Shown here piece by piece: positions 24,613-36,309 of a stretch of 64,000 bases of DNA. Position 1 is the stretch's first letter. Every line of letters starts with the position of its first letter. This DNA is from Raillietiella orientalis (lineage: Eukaryota). Where the stretch lies: assembly GCA_036172245.1 (NCBI GenBank), contig JAYWIR010000043.1:124001-188000 (forward strand). Reading direction: 5' to 3'. Under the pieces are notes generated by a model, which searched no databases, was not told the DNA's origin, and saw only the letters and a program-made list of their open reading frames with translations. Position numbers and translations under genes: made by a program.

Positions 24613-26718
24613 TTGCCACCCGGGAGGCCCGGGGCGTTTATTAATAGAAAACTCTACAATCGCAGTACCAGGCCCCGCTCACGGCCCTATGCACAAGACC
24701 TACCGGGACGCCGGGACGCAGCCCGGCGTGGCCCTCCCCGACAGCGAAAGGAGATGGTGAAAAACAAAAATAAAAATAAAGACGCAAACAAACAAAAGAG
24801 GTTGGAGGGCAGGGAAGGGATCACTGTTCGCTGAGAGGAGGGCCCATCCGTTGAAGAAAGCCTTCGAGGTCCATCCGTATATTCCCCAGTTGGGGCCATC
24901 CAGCAGATCTCCGCAAGAAGCGTTGGGCATATGGGATAACATCCCTCGCGTGTTGACCCACTCCTTCCTTCTTGGTGTCGCTCCATGCCGCCACCATGCC
25001 TCGGTTGCAGCACAAGGCTGCAAGGGCTGCGGCTGGCTGCAGGGCGTCCTTCACGAAGAGGGGCCGAAGAACGTCTCTAGGGGAACTGCCCGTAGGGAGA
25101 CCGAGGGTCGTCCCAAAATGTTCCCAAAGGGGACAAAGGGCAGCGCAGTCCACAATAAGGTGATAGAGCGATTCCCGCTCTCCGCACCTGACACACAAAG
25201 GATCCACAACTCCTCTTGTCCAGTGGGAGCGGCGTGCGTTGCAGCGTAAACCCCAATGCAAAAACAGCAACTTCGACTCTTTTCACTTAAAGGGCAGGAT
25301 CCTCGATTCCTGAAGAAGCGGAGGCCACTTCAGCACATCCATAGGGATGCCCAGCAGGTCGACCTATCTTCTTAGTCCTCGCGGCTGGACGCACAAGGTC
25401 GTGGCTTCCGCCAGTTGACCAATGGACCAGCCGCTTATTCTTTTCTCCCGTCCCTCGATGCAGCAGGAGACTTGCCTCCTTGGCGTCCGACCGCTGTGAA
25501 GCGCCTTCCTCAGGAAGGGCAGCGCCGTAGCCAGGCGGGTTGTCTCTGCCCACGTGCTTCTAGCTGGATTCTCCAGGAGATTCTTCAGAGTGCAGCGGGC
25601 GCAGGGGCCGCATCGGAGACGATTCCACGTTACGTAGCTTCTCCGGTTCACCACATCCCACGTTCCAATGTTCTCCACCATCCAGGCGGAGGACTTGGCG
25701 GGGCAGCAAACCATCCAGCTGTTCTCCATGGCCAACGATGCCATGCGCCCCAGCTGTAGGCCGCATCTTCTGATCTTCCGGCCGGGGATCAAAAGAAAAG
25801 ACGCGAGTCCCTCCACCGGGACAAAGGACTGGCGAGTAGGCGAGTCGGAATGCACCACGGGGTGCTCCACATCTTCGTTGCGATGGCGAGGGTACGCCAT
25901 CGCAGCTGTTTCTCCACGCGCTCCAGCGTCAGGAGGCTAAGTCCACGGTCCCGACGATTAGCAAAAAGGTCCTTCAAAGGGACTCGGGGACTCCTCTTGC
26001 CCTAAAGCGGGATGCGGAGGAGGTCCTTCGTCCTCTTTTTAACAACTCCCAGGGCGGGGCAAACAAAAAGCAAGGGGCGGACGATGGGGGCGGCAAAGGC
26101 GTTCCAAACCGCATCCCGTTCCGGCAAGGGAAACTTGCATTCCAGGAACGGGCCGATCGCCGTCTCGACTTTTTCGAGGCAGCTGGACCACGCTGCCGCA
26201 GGGGAGAAGTCCCCCAACGGAACACCAAGGTACTTGATGCACCTCGCAGTGAGGATCCCCAGACGGACCCAGTCCTGCTGCCCTGCCCACGCCGCACCAA
26301 CTGGCACCACCGACGACTTCGTCCTGTACACCTGCAGCCAGGTCCCGCGGCTGAGCAGCTCGAAGAAGTCTCCGACGGCCTTCGCCAAGGTAGACATAGG
26401 TAACAAGAGCAAAAGATCGTTGGCATAAACACTGACGGCGGACTTGCCGGGGCACGAGCTCGGCAAGGGGGCCAAAGTCACAATGCACGCTCTCAGCACC
26501 AACTCAAAGTAAGTGCTAAAGAGCAGGGCACTGAGACTATCTCCCTGCCGTATGCCCCGTTGCACCGGCACGCCATACACCTTGTGACCGCTGAAAGAGA
26601 CGGTAATCATCGCATTCTGCAAGCAAGAGCGCAGGTAGGAAATCAAGGAGGGTGGGAAGCCCATGCGAACCAGGAGCTCCAAGAGGAGTTCCTGGTCTAG
26701 ACAGTCAAACGCCTTGCA
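24613..26718 (-). mobile_element. L1-B: 3' part of an L1/Tx1-like element (RT C-half, CCHC, 3' UTR), interrupted at the KAFD motif by L1-C
   Basis: RGIRQGDSLS, YAND (mutated YADD), IKYLGV, CVRCGERESLYHLIVDC; ORF2 stop at 24821; terminal AATAAACGCCCCGGGCCTCCCGGGTG on the minus strand at about 24617-24642. Confidence 0.92.
26705..26718. repeat. Degenerate target-site duplication of L1-C (partner 55615-55628)
   Basis: TCAAACGCCTTGCA vs TCGAACGCCTTGTG; both derive from TCGAACGCCTTGCG by CpG deamination. Confidence 0.75.
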
Positions 26719-26812
26719 TGCTCCAGAGTGGACGCGTTTTGTCGGTGCTCCTCGTGCCAGGAAGTCTCCCCCAGTGCAAGCGTCGTGTGGTTCGGTGGTC
26801 CATCATGCAGCG

Positions 26813-28096
26813 ATGCCTGACGCGACCACCAGGGATGGCAAGGGGGCAGCGGCAACGCCGCCCCCAGAGGCGATGGAGAGCCAGGGGGTGGCGGCAACGT
26901 CGCTCCCAGAGGCGATGGAGGTGGGGGCATCCGCCTTCACAGAATCGGTCCCCGCTGCAGCGCGGGCGTGGAGCGATGTGTCGGCGCCATCGCCTGCAGC
27001 CGCGGAAGAATTGTCGGCCTATGTAGAGGAGGGGTACAACCCCTCATTGTTCTAAAACGTAGGCAATTTATATTCTTTAGAGAGCGCGCGCGCCTTCTCG
27101 AAGGGCGTGCGCGCTCTCGATGTGAAAGAGGAGGAGTTCAGCGCTGTGACCATCCGCAGCGGGGGTCAGTACGTTGAGGTCATCTGCAAATATGCAGAGC
27201 TGGCCCAACGACTGCTAAAAACCCCCGTTGTGATGAAGACGCGCAGGCTCCTCCCCACTACGACGGACCGCAGCATGGTGGTCCACCTGTTAGACGTCAC
27301 CGCGCGGATGCGCAAGGAACAGGTTCGCGCCGCGTTGGAGGAATACGGAACGGTCCACGCGCAGTGGACGAAAGTTAGTCCTTTCGAGGACTATACGGGG
27401 CTGCAACACGGCCTCACTGCTGCGCGCGTGATCGTTCGGGAGGGCTGCACTCTTCCCCACAAACTGGTGGTCGAAGGCGAAACCGTCGACCTCTGGTATG
27501 TGGTGAAGCCGAAATACTGTGGCTTCTGCAATACGTCGGGCCACCTCAAAAAGAGGTGTCCCAATGTGCAGTCCCAAGTATGCGGCACCATGGGACACAC
27601 GAGCGAGGTGTGCCCTAAAGCAGCAGTGCGGGTGGTTTCCAAGAGAAACCTTAAAAAACGTGCCCGGCTTCTGCAGAAAAGGCTGGCGACGAAAGCTGCC
27701 GCAAAGGCTGTGCCACCCGCGCCCAAGGCCCAGGCCGCACCCGAAACCTCGGCGAACAACGCCGAACAAGTCGAGGGAACAAGCCAGGAGCCTGGGTGGC
27801 AGGTGGCTACGGCCAAAAAATCAAAGAAGGAGAGGAGGATGGAGAAAAAGCTCGCTTACCGCCAGAAAAAACAGCAGGCGAGCAAGCAAATTAAAGAATG
27901 CAGTGTTGTCGTCGAGCGTATTCCCGACCGCTGCGAAAAAGAACTCGCCGCTACCAACGACAACCCCTCTGTTGACTCTGTCAACAAGGATGGAAGCGAC
28001 ACGGCGGCGTCGTCCGTCATCGACACCACCATCGATTACGTAGCCTTCGCGCGAGCCGCGGAAGAGCTGGCAGCCTCGTTGCAGCCACAACCCTCC
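26813..28096 (+). pseudogene. L1-C ORF1, 5' part (gag-like, CCHC knuckles); remainder at 45499-45876
   Basis: MPDATTRDG..., in-frame stop at 27053-27055, CGFCNTSGHLKKRC and SQVCGTMGHTSEVC. Confidence 0.85.
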
Positions 28097-28109
28097 GCGG
28101 CCAGTAGGA

Positions 28110-28121
28110 GGACGTGTTTTT
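28110..28121 (+). promoter_or_regulatory. Conserved 5'-terminal RGACGTGTTTT motif, candidate internal promoter element (also 26730, 36238, 55640 on +; 53248-53259 on -)
   Basis: Found 2-13 nt inside the 5' junction of five elements whose 5' UTRs otherwise differ. Confidence 0.6.
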
Positions 28122-28195
28122 CCTTCACTCCCCAAAGAGTAGTAGGAAAGCGCTTTTTCTTCTGTGTGGTGTTTTGTGTACATCGTCGGTGTCCA

Positions 28196-29946
28196 ATGGC
28201 CACGACGCCAGAGGACACCGCAATGGAGGTGGGAGTGGGGGAGGCTAGTTCGCCCCCACAGCCTACTGGAGCAGGGGCAGCCGCCCCGGAATCATCCCCG
28301 GCCACGCCGAGGACATGGAGCGCCATGGTGGCCGCGCCCAGCGCAGAAGCCATGGCGGAGATGGCCGCATACAAGGCCTCCGGGTACAAGCCTTCGCTTG
28401 TGTACCAGGTAGGCAACTTGTTCGACGGCCGGACAGCGCGCGCCTTCAGCAAAGCGTTGAAGGACGCGAATGTCACAAAAAAGGATCTGGACGGCCTCTC
28501 CGTCCTCAGCGGCGGGCAGCGGGTCGAGGTGGTCTGCAAAGATGTCACCTTGGCTCACCGCCTTATCCATGCGCCGCTGAACGTAGACGGCCGCAAGATC
28601 CTGCCAGTATCTATGGACCGCTCCGTGGTGGTCCACATGACTGGCATCACCAGCCGCATGACGCGGTCAGCGGTTGGTGAGGAATTAAGAAAGTACGGTG
28701 AGGTGCACGCACTGTGGCCGAAACCCTCCATTTTCGACGGCTTCGATAGCCTTTTTGGTGGGCAGGCTGCAGCGCGGGTCACCGTACGGGAGAATTGTGG
28801 GCTTCCCCACAAACTACAGGTGGCGCAAGAAAACGTCGACCTGTGGTATGTAGGGAAGCCCCGGTATTGCGGCCATTGTGATACCGTGGGACACCTACGT
28901 AAAAGGTGTCCCAATATACGATGCCATTTGTGCGGGGAGCGGGGCCACGTTCGGCGCGTGTGTCCCAAACGCCCCACCCCGGTTCCCCCTGCCGCGAAAA
29001 AAGCGCAGGGGAAACGTGCTTCAAAGGTCTCTAGACCTAAAGTAGAAAAGGGCCAGCACAAGCTGCCAACACCTCAACCTCCGGCGCCTAAGCCGGAGGA
29101 TAAACCTTCTGAAACGGTGGAAGGCGAAGAGGGATGGCAGCTTGTAGAGGCCAGAAAGCCGAGAAAACTCCCACCCGCGGAGAGCAAAGAGCGCAAGACG
29201 GCCGGTAAGCCGAAAAAACCCGGTCCGCGCTCGAAAACTTTGCGCGAGTGCACGGTGGCACTGGAACGAATCGTCGTTCCCGAGATTGCCACCCGGAGCG
29301 TCGATCCTCCCCTTGCCGTTTCCGCTGCGCCCGAGGCTCGCGACGGCGAACCCTCTGTTTACACAGAGGGTGAGCCGCGCGACATAGCGGCGGTCGAAGC
29401 CGCGGACGCCGCGTTCGCGCAGGCGGCGGAGGAGCTCGCGGTCACGCTGGCCGAGCGTGAGAACCTCTCGCGCAAGGCCGTGCGAAGGCCGGCTCCGGCG
29501 AGGAAGGCCCCCAAAGGTGAGTTAGACCTGGGGGCCGGAAGCACATCCTCCTCCTCGGAGGCACCCCCCAGGAAGTCGGGACGCAAGTCCTAGAAGCCCA
29601 GGAGGCGCCTCCCTCCACCCGCGAGGAGGAGAAGACGGAAGCCGTCGCCAGCGTGGGAAATTCGGAGGAGGAATTCCCACGCTCGGAAGCCGTCGATGCG
29701 GCCACCCCCATGGAGGAGGGTGAACAGGGGGGTGAAGTCCCCCCTGCAGGCGCCGACCCAGAACAGCCCGCCCCCATGGAGGAGGGCGAACAGGTAGGCG
29801 CGACTCCACCTGCGGGTGATCCGGCCGACGGGCCGGCACCGATGGAGGAGGGGGACCAGGTGCCTTCAGCACCTGACCCCCCTGCTCCACCTAGGGTCCC
29901 GCCCCAGCAGGTGGCGGACGCCGCACTGCCATCTTCCCAGGAGTAA
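28196..29946 (+). pseudogene. L1-D ORF1 (gag-like nucleic-acid-binding protein, 2 CCHC knuckles)
   Basis: MATTPEDTAMEV...CGHCDTVGHLRKRC...CHLCGERGHVRRVC; premature TAG at 29591 and a 1-bp frameshift; ends PSSQE*. Confidence 0.9.
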
Positions 29947-30363
29947 CACCTGGGCTCGCCAGTCGCCGTCGGATTCGCGCGGCCTGGTGGAATGTCAACG
30001 GGCTGCGCGACGACGGTAACAGGCGAGATACAGCCGACACCCTGCGGGAGTTCGACCTGGCCCTGTTGCAGGAGATCCACGTGATCACCGCGGCAGACGT
30101 CCAGGAGATCGAGACGATCGCGGGGGGTCGGCTGTTTGTCACCCGGGTGCGCCGGGGCGTTTATTATAAACTATCCGGGAACAGGGTTCCCGGACAAAGG
30201 GGAAAACAAGAGACGAAGGGGGTGGGATCCCCGACACGCAGGTCGGTATGCCGAAAGTCCGGAACGGGAGGGAAGGGACCACAAACACACTACTATATAA
30301 AAAAATAAAAGAAAAATATGGAGGGCAGGGGACAGGGGTCTTTGGTAAATGCGTTCCTTCCTT

Positions 30364-33300
30364 TCAAAACCGGCGATGGATGCCGGCGATCTCTCTCCTT
30401 ACGCCCTGTGGCAGATGGGCCCACTGGGCAGCCGACGACATGTTTTCGCTAAATAATTCGGTGGGCTGACGAAGGATGGCCAGCTTCTCCAACTCTCGGT
30501 GGGCCTTGTCGATGGCGCGGGTGCAACACACGGTTGCAACGACAGCACCCAATGACAGGCCGCCTGGCGTGAAGAAGCGGCGCATCAACTCCCTCGCGGT
30601 GTCCCCCTGGTGCAGGAGAGCTGAGGCCAGCCTCCGCCAGAGTCCTAGAAGGGCACCGCGGTCCAGGAGCAGGTGCGGGAGCGTTTCCACTTCCCCGCAC
30701 CGCTTACAGTTTGGGGAGACGACTCCCCCGGAAACAAGGTTCGTGCGCTGGTTGGAGTGAAAACCCCAATGCACCAGCATAATCACATCCTGCTTCCACG
30801 AAAGGGGGAACACAGAAGTGTTCAGACAAGAGGGAGGAACCACAAGTTCTTCAAGGGGCACACTCAAGTGTTCGCTCCACCGAAGGAGTCCCTTCGGAAC
30901 GTGGCGGGGCGTGGCGGCGTCCGCCAGCTCGCAAGTCTTCCAGCCGCCAATAGGTCGCGTTGTTCCTGCGATGGTGCAGGCGACCTCCCATCTCGCCGGT
31001 TCGCAACTGTCATCTCTTGCCCTGAGGGCTGACAGTGCGTCTTCGAGGGGGTGACGGCCAGGCGGGTCCACTTCTCCTGGCTGTTGCACACCTCATCCAC
31101 CGTGCAGTACGGGGAGAGGTGAGCGCAACGGAGTTCCAGGAGGGAAACATCCTGGTGCTTTGCCCAGCCATGCAACGGTTCCTGCCGCCAGGCTTGAAAG
31201 TTCGTTGGGCGGCAGGAGATCCATCCCTGGGCTTCCAGGAGCCGATACAGCGGTTTCAAGGGAAAACCGAAGCTTCTCGTGGCGCGCTCCGTGTGCGGCC
31301 GCAGCGACAGAAGTCCATCGCTGCCTGTGCAGCGCCGCAGAAGCAGGCGCGCGGGAGCGCACCACGGAGTGGACCAAAGGTTGGCGCACAGGGCCAACAT
31401 CCGAAGCTGCACCTGCAGCTCGATTCTCTCCAGCGTCAGGATGCCTAAGCCAGCATCCCGACGCGGAGCCGCCAAGTCTTTGAGGCGGATCCTGGACCTC
31501 GCAGGTCCCCACAGAGCGTTCCTCAACAGGCTGTGCGCCTGGAGCTTGGCCGAGTAGGGGGGCAGAAAAACAAAAAGCAGGGGGCGCAAGAGAGGGGCAA
31601 CGAAGGTGTTCCATATCGTGGCCCGCTCCGGCAGGACGAACCTGCCATGGTGGAACGGGCTCAGGGCATTCGAAGCCTTCCGAAGGCAGTCCGACCACAC
31701 TTCCATTGGGCTGATGTTCCCCAGCGGAACTACCAGATATTGCACGGAGGAAGCGGTCGGGATCCCCAGGCGGATCCAGTCGGACTGCCCCTCCCACGCC
31801 GCACCAATAGGTACGACCACGCTCTTGCTCCGGTTTACGCTCATGCCCGCTCCTCGGCGAATCAGCTCGAAGAAATCCTCGAGACTGGATGCCGGGGTGG
31901 TCATGGGTAAGAGGAGGAGCAGGTCGTCAGCATAGGCCGCCACGGACGGCGTTCCTGGACAAGAGCTCGGCAGGTTGGCCAGCGTCAGCCTGTACGCCCT
32001 CAGCACCAACTCAAAGAAGATGCTGAAGAGCAGCGGGCTTAAGCTGTCGCCCTGCCTGATGCCCCGCCGCACCGGCACGCCGTACACGTGGCAGCCGCTA
32101 AAAGAGATGGAAATGAGCGCGTGGCGCCAGCAAGCGCGCAACTACGCCACGAGGTGCACCGGGAGACCGAGGCGTTCCAGGAGCTCCAGCAGGAGATCCT
32201 GATTTACGCAATCGAACGCCTTGCGGAGATCGACCGCGACCGCCAAGGCACCCGGCGCTTCCCCAGGCCGAATGCAGCGACGCCTAGCCTCGGCAGCCGC
32301 AGACGCAGTTGCCTGGCTGTCGTGCGCCACGCAGCGTTGCAGCTCGAGCCACGTGCGCGCGAAGAACAGGTTCGCCTCCATGGACCGCCCGGGAACAGCG
32401 TAAGACTGCTCCGGACTTACCACGGATCCAGCGATCCTGCCCAGGCGCGCGACCCACAGCCTGGAGAACAACTTGACGTCCGCATTCACCAAGGTGATGG
32501 GACGCCAGTTGCTTAAATGGCGCATGTCTCCGCCTTTCGGCAACAGACGCACCCTTGCTGAGCGAAACGAGGCCGGGAGATTGCCCGTCTCTCGCATCAG
32601 CGCAGAAAGCCTCAGCACCAGGGGGATGAGTTCCGCCGCGAAGCACTGGAAGAACTCCGCAGGCAGACCATCCTCACCTGGCGCCTTGCGCTTCTTGAGG
32701 CCCGCTATGGCGCAAGACACCTCTTCCGCCGTGTAGGGCAAGTCAAGAGTGGCGCGTTCCTCCTCGTCGACCGCCGGGGAATCCGCCGGCAGAAGCAGCT
32801 CCGAGAGACTGCGTTCCGTCGGCTCCCTCGCGTACAACAAGGAGTAATAGCGCTTTAGGAGGCGGCGAACTTCGGCCGCGCCCGAGCACTCCAGGCCCTG
32901 GTCGTCGAGCAGACAAGCTGCTCCTGACTGCCAGACCTGGCGCTCGGCCTTGGCCTTGTACTCCGCAAGGTACCGGACGTCCGGGCATCGGAAGAATTGG
33001 CGGGCCTGCAGAAACTCTCTGCTGTTGGCCACGCCTTTCCCGAAGCCACGGGGAAGCAGGCGCAAGGGGAACCGGCTGCAGAACTCGCGGACCGATCTTT
33101 TCAGATCGTCCCAGTCCACGAGCTCTCGAACGGCAAAGGTCCGGAGATGCTGGCGGAGGTGCTCCGCAGCCACCGGATTTCTCAACCAGTCGGCCGGCAA
33201 CCTCCAGACGTGCGTCGGAGGGCCCTTGCCAGGCGGGAGTAGCTCAAACTCCAGCCTGTAGTGGTCGGAAAGCTCGGACGGCACGGGACCTCTCCGACCC

Positions 33301-33926
33301 ACCCGACAATGCAGGTGATCGTCGAGGAACACATGGTCCGGCAAAGCACGCATTCCGGGATCGTCGGCCAGCAAATTCGAGGCGTGCACCGACGCGCACA
33401 CCTCGTTCACCAGCCGTTTCTCCCGGCGACGGTGAGACTCCTCCGATAGCGCGTGGACGTTGAAGTCCCCGGCTACGAGGTGAGCCACGTCGGGGCCGGA
33501 GTTGCTGAGCCAGCGGTCGCGCAGTCTCTCGAAAAACTCCAGTTTCTCGGTGTGACGCGCGGAGCCGCTCGGCGCGTACACGTTCGTGACGACAAGGTTG
33601 ATCGATTCGGACCACTTGAGAACAAGTTGGCCCACACGACCTTCCTCGTCGAAACAAACGCTCCGCACTGCTCCCGCCACCCTGCCCCGGACAAGGAATG
33701 CGACTGCGCAGGTATTCTGGGAGCCTGACCTCCAATGGAGCGTCCCGCCTGCGCGAACTTGCAGATCGGCCGCTTGCTGCTCGGAGAGTGCGTCAATCTC
33801 CTGCAGCAGGGCCAGATCGAAGTCGCGCAAGACGTTGGCAACCAATCGCCTCTTCTCGTTGTCCTGCAGCCCGTTGACGTTCCAACAGGCCACTCGGACG
33901 CGACGGGAAGAAGCGAGACCGCGCAT
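30364..33926 (-). pseudogene. L1-E ORF2 (APE endonuclease, RT, CCHC)
   Basis: WNVNGL, LLQE, GDFN, SDH, KAPGEDG, DLRKAFD, YADD, CKRCGEVETLPHLLLD; stop at 32142 and frameshift near 31060. Confidence 0.95.
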
Positions 33927-33931
33927 TGCTG

Positions 33932-35866
33932 CTACGGACATGGAAGTGCGTTCCTCGCCCCGTCCGGCGAGGCATCAGCCGGGAGCACGGCGGATGAGGT
34001 AGCGCAAGCGCTTCCTGTCCCCGCCGCGCCGCTCGCGGCCGGCTCGGTCGAGTCGAGGACCATTGCCTCGGGCTCCGAAGAGCATCGAGAACCGTTCCCG
34101 GCATCAGGCTCTTGCCTGGCAAGTTTTGGCTTGCGCGCAGCCCTGGCCTTGACCGGGGCTTGGCGAGCCTTAGCGCTGCCCTCGGACTCCACCTCGGAGT
34201 CCGAATTGCGCGCGCGCGGCGGCGGGCGTTTCGCCTGCCTCTTTGTTTGCTGGCAGCCCGGAGCTGGTCCAGCACTCTTAGAGGGCGCCTTCGTCGCCGA
34301 TCCCCCTTTCGGGGTCACGGCTTCGGCAGCTCCCCTCTCGCCGCGGGTGTTTGCGGCGGCGCGCGCGGCGGCAGCAGAGGCTTTTCCTTGCGCCTTTCTG
34401 GGCGCGCGGAGTTGCCTCTTCACCCCGCCTACCTTTTGGATCGGGAAGTGGGAAGGATCGCGCGGTTTGCGCTCCTTCTTTCCCCCGACGAAGGTCCAGC
34501 CATCCTCGCCGCCTTCCTGTTTGTCCCGGTTGGGCGCGAGGGCTTCCAGGGTCCTTCGCATCCTTTCCAAGGCCTCGGATGCGGCGATGGAGGCCAGTGT
34601 CTCCTTCGTCACGTCTGCCTTCTGCACCTCCTTACAGGAAGGTGTGAGCAGAGTGGCGGGATTCTCGTGGGTTGCGCGAGGCTTTTCAGCCTTTGCTGGC
34701 ATTCGGCCCGCCGTGGCCGGCTTGCCTGTCGCGGGCAAAGGGGCGCGCGACCCCTTTTTCGACGCTCCGGTGGTCTTCCCGGGCGTGCCACCGCTATTTC
34801 GCTCCGGAGCGAGAGCGGACGGAAGCGGCGGTGGTTTTGCAGCCTGCCCGATGTTATCGGCGGGCTGGGTCGCTCAAGGCTTTACTGAAGCAGCCTGGAG
34901 GAGCTTCTTGTCCTTTCGCGCAAGTTTTGGTGGAGCATTGCTCCGAGAATCGCCCGCGCAAGCGGACTTTTCACTTCTCCGCTGAGAATGCTCGTTCGCG
35001 CCTGATTTCTTCCCCGACGACGGGGCGGATGGAGTCGGCGCGGACGGCGATGTTGCGGGGAGGTTTCTCGCCCTCCTCTTTCGTTTCAGCTCGGCGCACT
35101 CGTTAATCGAGTGGCCGAGCAGCTTACAGTATCGGCAACTGCGTGTTGGGCACTTCCGCGGACGGTGGCCCTCCTTCCCGCAGTTGCCGCAAGCGGGGGT
35201 TTGCCCGGCAAACCGGAGATAGACGACGACGTCACCGAGGAGGATCTGCGAAGGCATGAGCCTCCGGTCGTCCATGGTGACGCGCGCCGTCGCGAGTCCG
35301 CAAGAGAGGCGCGCGACTTTATCGATCGGGTTCGCGCGCCTCCACATCGCGTGCACTGTGGCGAACGCCTCGAGTGCAACAATGATGTCGCGGTCCGTTA
35401 TTCTCGGCCTAATGCCCGAGAGCTGGACCACGAACGATTGATCCAGGGCCGAGGGGACGACCTCCTTACCCCTGATTTTCAGGGGGGTTCGCAGTAGGCG
35501 CTGGACGAGGGCTGCATCCTTGCAGTGCACCTCCCAATGGCCTACCGCGCTCACTGGCATAATTGCCAGAAGATCGTCCTCTCGGACCCCTACGCGTTCC
35601 AGCTCGCTCCAGAGCTGGTTGCCCGTCCCATCCCGGTACGCGGCACTGACCTTGTAGGCCAGAGGGGGGTTGTAGCCGTTAGCGGCGTACGCCCGCAGTT
35701 CTGCCTCGTCGGGTGAAACTCCGTGAGCCGCCGCTGCCTTAGCAACGGCGGCAAAACTTCTCGCTGGAGGCGAGGGACGATCGGTGGAGGCTTCCGCTCC
35801 TCCCGAAGAAGGTCCTGCGACGCAGGGTGATTCCTCCACCTCCATTTCTGCGGGCACTGGCTTCAT
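33932..35866 (-). pseudogene. L1-E ORF1 (gag-like, 2 CCHC)
   Basis: MKPVPAEMEVEE...RSFAAVAK...CGNCGKEGHRPRKC...CRYCKLLGHSINEC; one in-frame TGA at 34874-34876. Confidence 0.9.
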
Positions 35867-36309
35867 TTCCAAATGAAAAATCCAACCACACCCAAAAGGA
35901 ACAACCGCAAAGAAGCACCAAAGACGGAGCGCCAATGGAGGGGGTCGGCTGTACTGGCAATGCGGCATCCGCAACACCTGCGGGGTCGCGTTCTTCGTGA
36001 AGCCGGCCATCGACGCTGCCGTGAAGGGCGTGCGCTTCGATGACGACGGTCGGGTCGGTCAGCTGACTCTCGGCTGGTCCGACTCGATCGATCTGATCGT
36101 CACGAATGTGTACGCCCCAACCGGTCAAAAGGGATACAGCAACCGTACCAGGCTGCTTGAATCCTTGAAGCGCGACTGGCTGGCGAACACGAGCGTGCGG
36201 AAGGCTCACCTGAAAGCGGGAGATTTCAATCGAGTGCGGACGTGTTTTCCTTCGCTCTCGTATCCGTGCTTTCATCCGCTTCATCTTGGCGTCGTACATT
36301 TTGACGACG

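Larger units (their letters stand above)
30136..35939 (-). mobile_element. L1-E: essentially full-length element (5804 bp) nested antisense in the L1-D endonuclease region
   Basis: Perfect 13-bp TSD GGGGGTCGGCTGT (30123-30135 and 35940-35952); both ORFs present; terminal AATAAACGCCCCGGCGCACCCGGGTGACAA. Confidence 0.95.

Noticed and set aside
33735..34985. Long antisense ORFs (33735-34985 +, 37041-38081 -, 51012-51938 +, 63015-63761 -) as extra genes
   Set aside because: They are shadows of GC-rich, low-complexity ORF1 tails on the opposite strand and are not conserved between subfamilies.
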